Assembly: GCA_038247415.1 (NCBI GenBank)
Contig: JBBRUX010000026.1
Span: forward strand, 1 to 52,669
Length of the DNA stretch: 52,669 nt
From: Chitinivibrionales bacterium
GTDB taxonomy: Bacteria; Fibrobacterota; Chitinivibrionia; Chitinivibrionales; WJKA01
Reading direction: 5' to 3'
Under the pieces are notes generated by a model. It saw only the letters and a list, made by a program, of their open reading frames with translations, did no database searches and was not told the origin of the DNA. Of the stretch, positions 50,636-52,669 are shown piece after piece. How positions within the stretch are numbered: position 1 is the stretch's first letter; every line of letters begins with the position of its first letter. The translations under genes and the position numbers were made by a program.

Positions 50636-52261
50636 ATGGTGGGTAAAAAATTTCTCGCAATCTTGGCTTTGCTGCTTGCGGGTTCGAGCTTATTTTCTGC
50701 AGATGCGGCAGTATCCATGCCGTACTATAATCCGTATCCGACAATCACTCTTTCCTCCTCGGGCGCGATGCCGATTTATTCTGGGAAGCCTCTGTGCACA
50801 CAAATAGTAAATCTATCACTTCTTGACAATGAGGGTGCAGCACAAAGTATTGATTCTGTCTTTTTTGTGAAAGACACATTGCATGTTGTCCCAAGAAATA
50901 GTATGGGGATTGTGCCCGATACCGTACTACCGAAACCAGATATAATATGGCCGGGCAGTTCTTATAAGCAAACAGTCTTTCATGCCTGGGGAACCTATGT
51001 CGTTGTGCTGCATGATGTTTTTGTTAAAACGCGCGTTACGAAAATCGGCACAGTTCTCATTTACCCTTCTTTTACAACCACCCCCTCGCTGCCCATCACA
51101 ACCGTTGCCACTCGTCTCGATCTCACTCTCGGGCAATCGCATACCCCATGCAATCCGACATATGGGAACATGCAAACAAGAATCAAGGGAGACACCATCA
51201 CGCTCAAATATACCGAGGCACTCTTTTCTGACCCCTGTATTGCTATCTATCTTATTGATCCGGTGTCGTATGGAACTTCTTTCGATTTGGGACTCCTGAA
51301 TACAGGCACCTATGTCGTCAAGGTTGACACCATGACCTTGGGCGCCATTACCATAGCTGCAGGGTATCCCATCATCGGCACAGCAACAGCCATGAAAAAT
51401 CCTCTTTCCTTGGCGCCAACTGTGTCTATTGCAAATGCATTAGTTAGTGGCATTGTTTACAATGTGTGTCCTTTCTATAGCTATTCTCCTTTAGTATTTG
51501 ACACGGTGACAACAACCACCAATGCAAGCGGATCATTTTCCATGCTTTTGCCTCGCGCAAACAAAGAATACACAATCAGTGGCGAAAAAGCCGGCTATTA
51601 TACCCAACGCTTACCTCTCGATGCATCACAATCTGCCAAGCCTCTTTCTTTTCAGCTTATTCCCACAACCATGGATACGCTTGGAGCATTTTCCATGATA
51701 ATAACAAACAACGGTTCTCCTGTGGAAAGCGTTTATGTTTCTTTAAACCCGGGCCGAATGCCGGTACTATGCCCGATGTATGACAGGGCGTTATCGAAGC
51801 AGGCCGCGCTGCAGACCTCAATGAGCGGATATACAAATCGTAATGGATCAATTTCGCTGGACGGGATTTCCTTAGTGCCATTTATCGATTTTGCCTATTC
51901 TGCTGGGTATTACAAGAATGGGCCTATTCTTGAGAAATATGGAAGGGTTCGGCTTAATCCTTTTACGACAACAACGATCACAATGGATTTTGGAGCAACC
52001 CCTGTTTCACAAAAAATCCGCCTTCAATCAAGGGAAATTACCAAGAATATTATTGGTAGCATATTGACAATTAGCGATATCTATCGCACGTATGGAAGTG
52101 AGACTGTGATGACAATTTACAATGCGCAAGGAAGAAATACCATGCGCATGAAAGTAAATGAGACTGCGAGTGTCAATCTGTCGTCGCTTGCACCGGGAAG
52201 CTATGTGCTTCGAATCGTGGGATCAAAATCGACAACGACAGGAAACTTTGTTCTTCAATAA
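50636..52261 (+). CDS. Secreted hypothetical protein with Ig-like domains and C-terminal sorting domain
   Basis: GGAGG RBS, signal peptide, TTNASGSF, tail IYNAQGR...LAPGSYVLRI. Confidence 0.85.
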   Translation: MVGKKFLAILALLLAGSSLFSADAAVSMPYYNPYPTITLSSSGAMPIYSGKPLCTQIVNLSLLDNEGAAQSIDSVFFVKDTLHVVPRNSMGIVPDTVLPKPDIIWPGSSYKQTVFHAWGTYVVVLHDVFVKTRVTKIGTVLIYPSFTTTPSLPITTVATRLDLTLGQSHTPCNPTYGNMQTRIKGDTITLKYTEALFSDPCIAIYLIDPVSYGTSFDLGLLNTGTYVVKVDTMTLGAITIAAGYPIIGTATAMKNPLSLAPTVSIANALVSGIVYNVCPFYSYSPLVFDTVTTTTNASGSFSMLLPRANKEYTISGEKAGYYTQRLPLDASQSAKPLSFQLIPTTMDTLGAFSMIITNNGSPVESVYVSLNPGRMPVLCPMYDRALSKQAALQTSMSGYTNRNGSISLDGISLVPFIDFAYSAGYYKNGPILEKYGRVRLNPFTTTTITMDFGATPVSQKIRLQSREITKNIIGSILTISDIYRTYGSETVMTIYNAQGRNTMRMKVNETASVNLSSLAPGSYVLRIVGSKSTTTGNFVLQ

Positions 52262-52289
52262 ACAATTGCGATAGTAAGAATATTTTGAC

Positions 52290-52318
52290 CCGGAACACCT
52301 TACGGGTGTTCCGGCTTT
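52290..52318 (+). terminator. Intrinsic terminator
   Basis: 10-bp stem CCGGAACACC/GGTGTTCCGG followed by CTTT. Confidence 0.7.
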
Positions 52319-52669
52319 ACGTGGTCGAAATTACTAGAAGAAGCATGAAACCCCCAGACCTGCCTACGGAAACGAATCCGACTATAAGTCTTCTGGGAAT
52401 CGAATCATGGTATGCTACGCTCCCCTATTATTGACAATAGATACTTCGGTAGCAGCTCGAGGACTCTGTCGCCAGTGATAGCCCGATAATTTAAGGCGTA
52501 CCCGTGCCGGATGTGATACCGTCTCGTTTGGCCCCATGGCATCCTCAAAACCCAATCATCACAGCATTCTAAGCTCAAAATGATGTAGATGCCCTTGAGC
52601 TCAAAATAAGATTTTCGAAGCATACATCGACTTAAAAAGGTATATTATTGCAACCCTTTTAAAGAAACC

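Noticed and set aside
52405..52623. 72-aa minus-strand ORF
   Set aside because: No RBS or recognisable motif. This and most short antisense ORFs in the track are treated as spurious.
1..52669. CRISPR array, rRNA, tRNA, intact IS or prophage
   Set aside because: No regularly spaced repeats, RNA gene signatures, transposase motifs or phage structural cluster were seen.

Overview
Bacterial chromosomal window, most likely from Fibrobacterota (Chitinivibrionia/Chitinispirillia-like). The placement is an inference from two TIGR02147-like genes, a fibro-slime protein and many secreted proteins with a C-terminal sorting tail. Apparently intact content: an ArsR-led persulfide/redox operon; carbohydrate-active genes (GH1, GH5, GH31, GH37 and an unassigned clan-A-like GH); a GT2/GT-C/methyltransferase/formyltransferase envelope cluster; a HAD + acyltransferase + PlsA/PlsR-like (plasmalogen/ether-lipid) region; azoR; vapBC; mgtA; and a 906-aa lectin-CBM3-papain-like secreted protein behind a sigma54-type promoter. 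The most striking feature is pervasive gene decay. About 20 pseudogenes or remnants are interleaved with about 27 intact genes, showing nonsense codons, frameshifts and large deletions that fuse gene halves, with no recognisable IS element. No rRNA, tRNA or CRISPR array was seen. All family calls come from motif recognition by eye, not from database searches.
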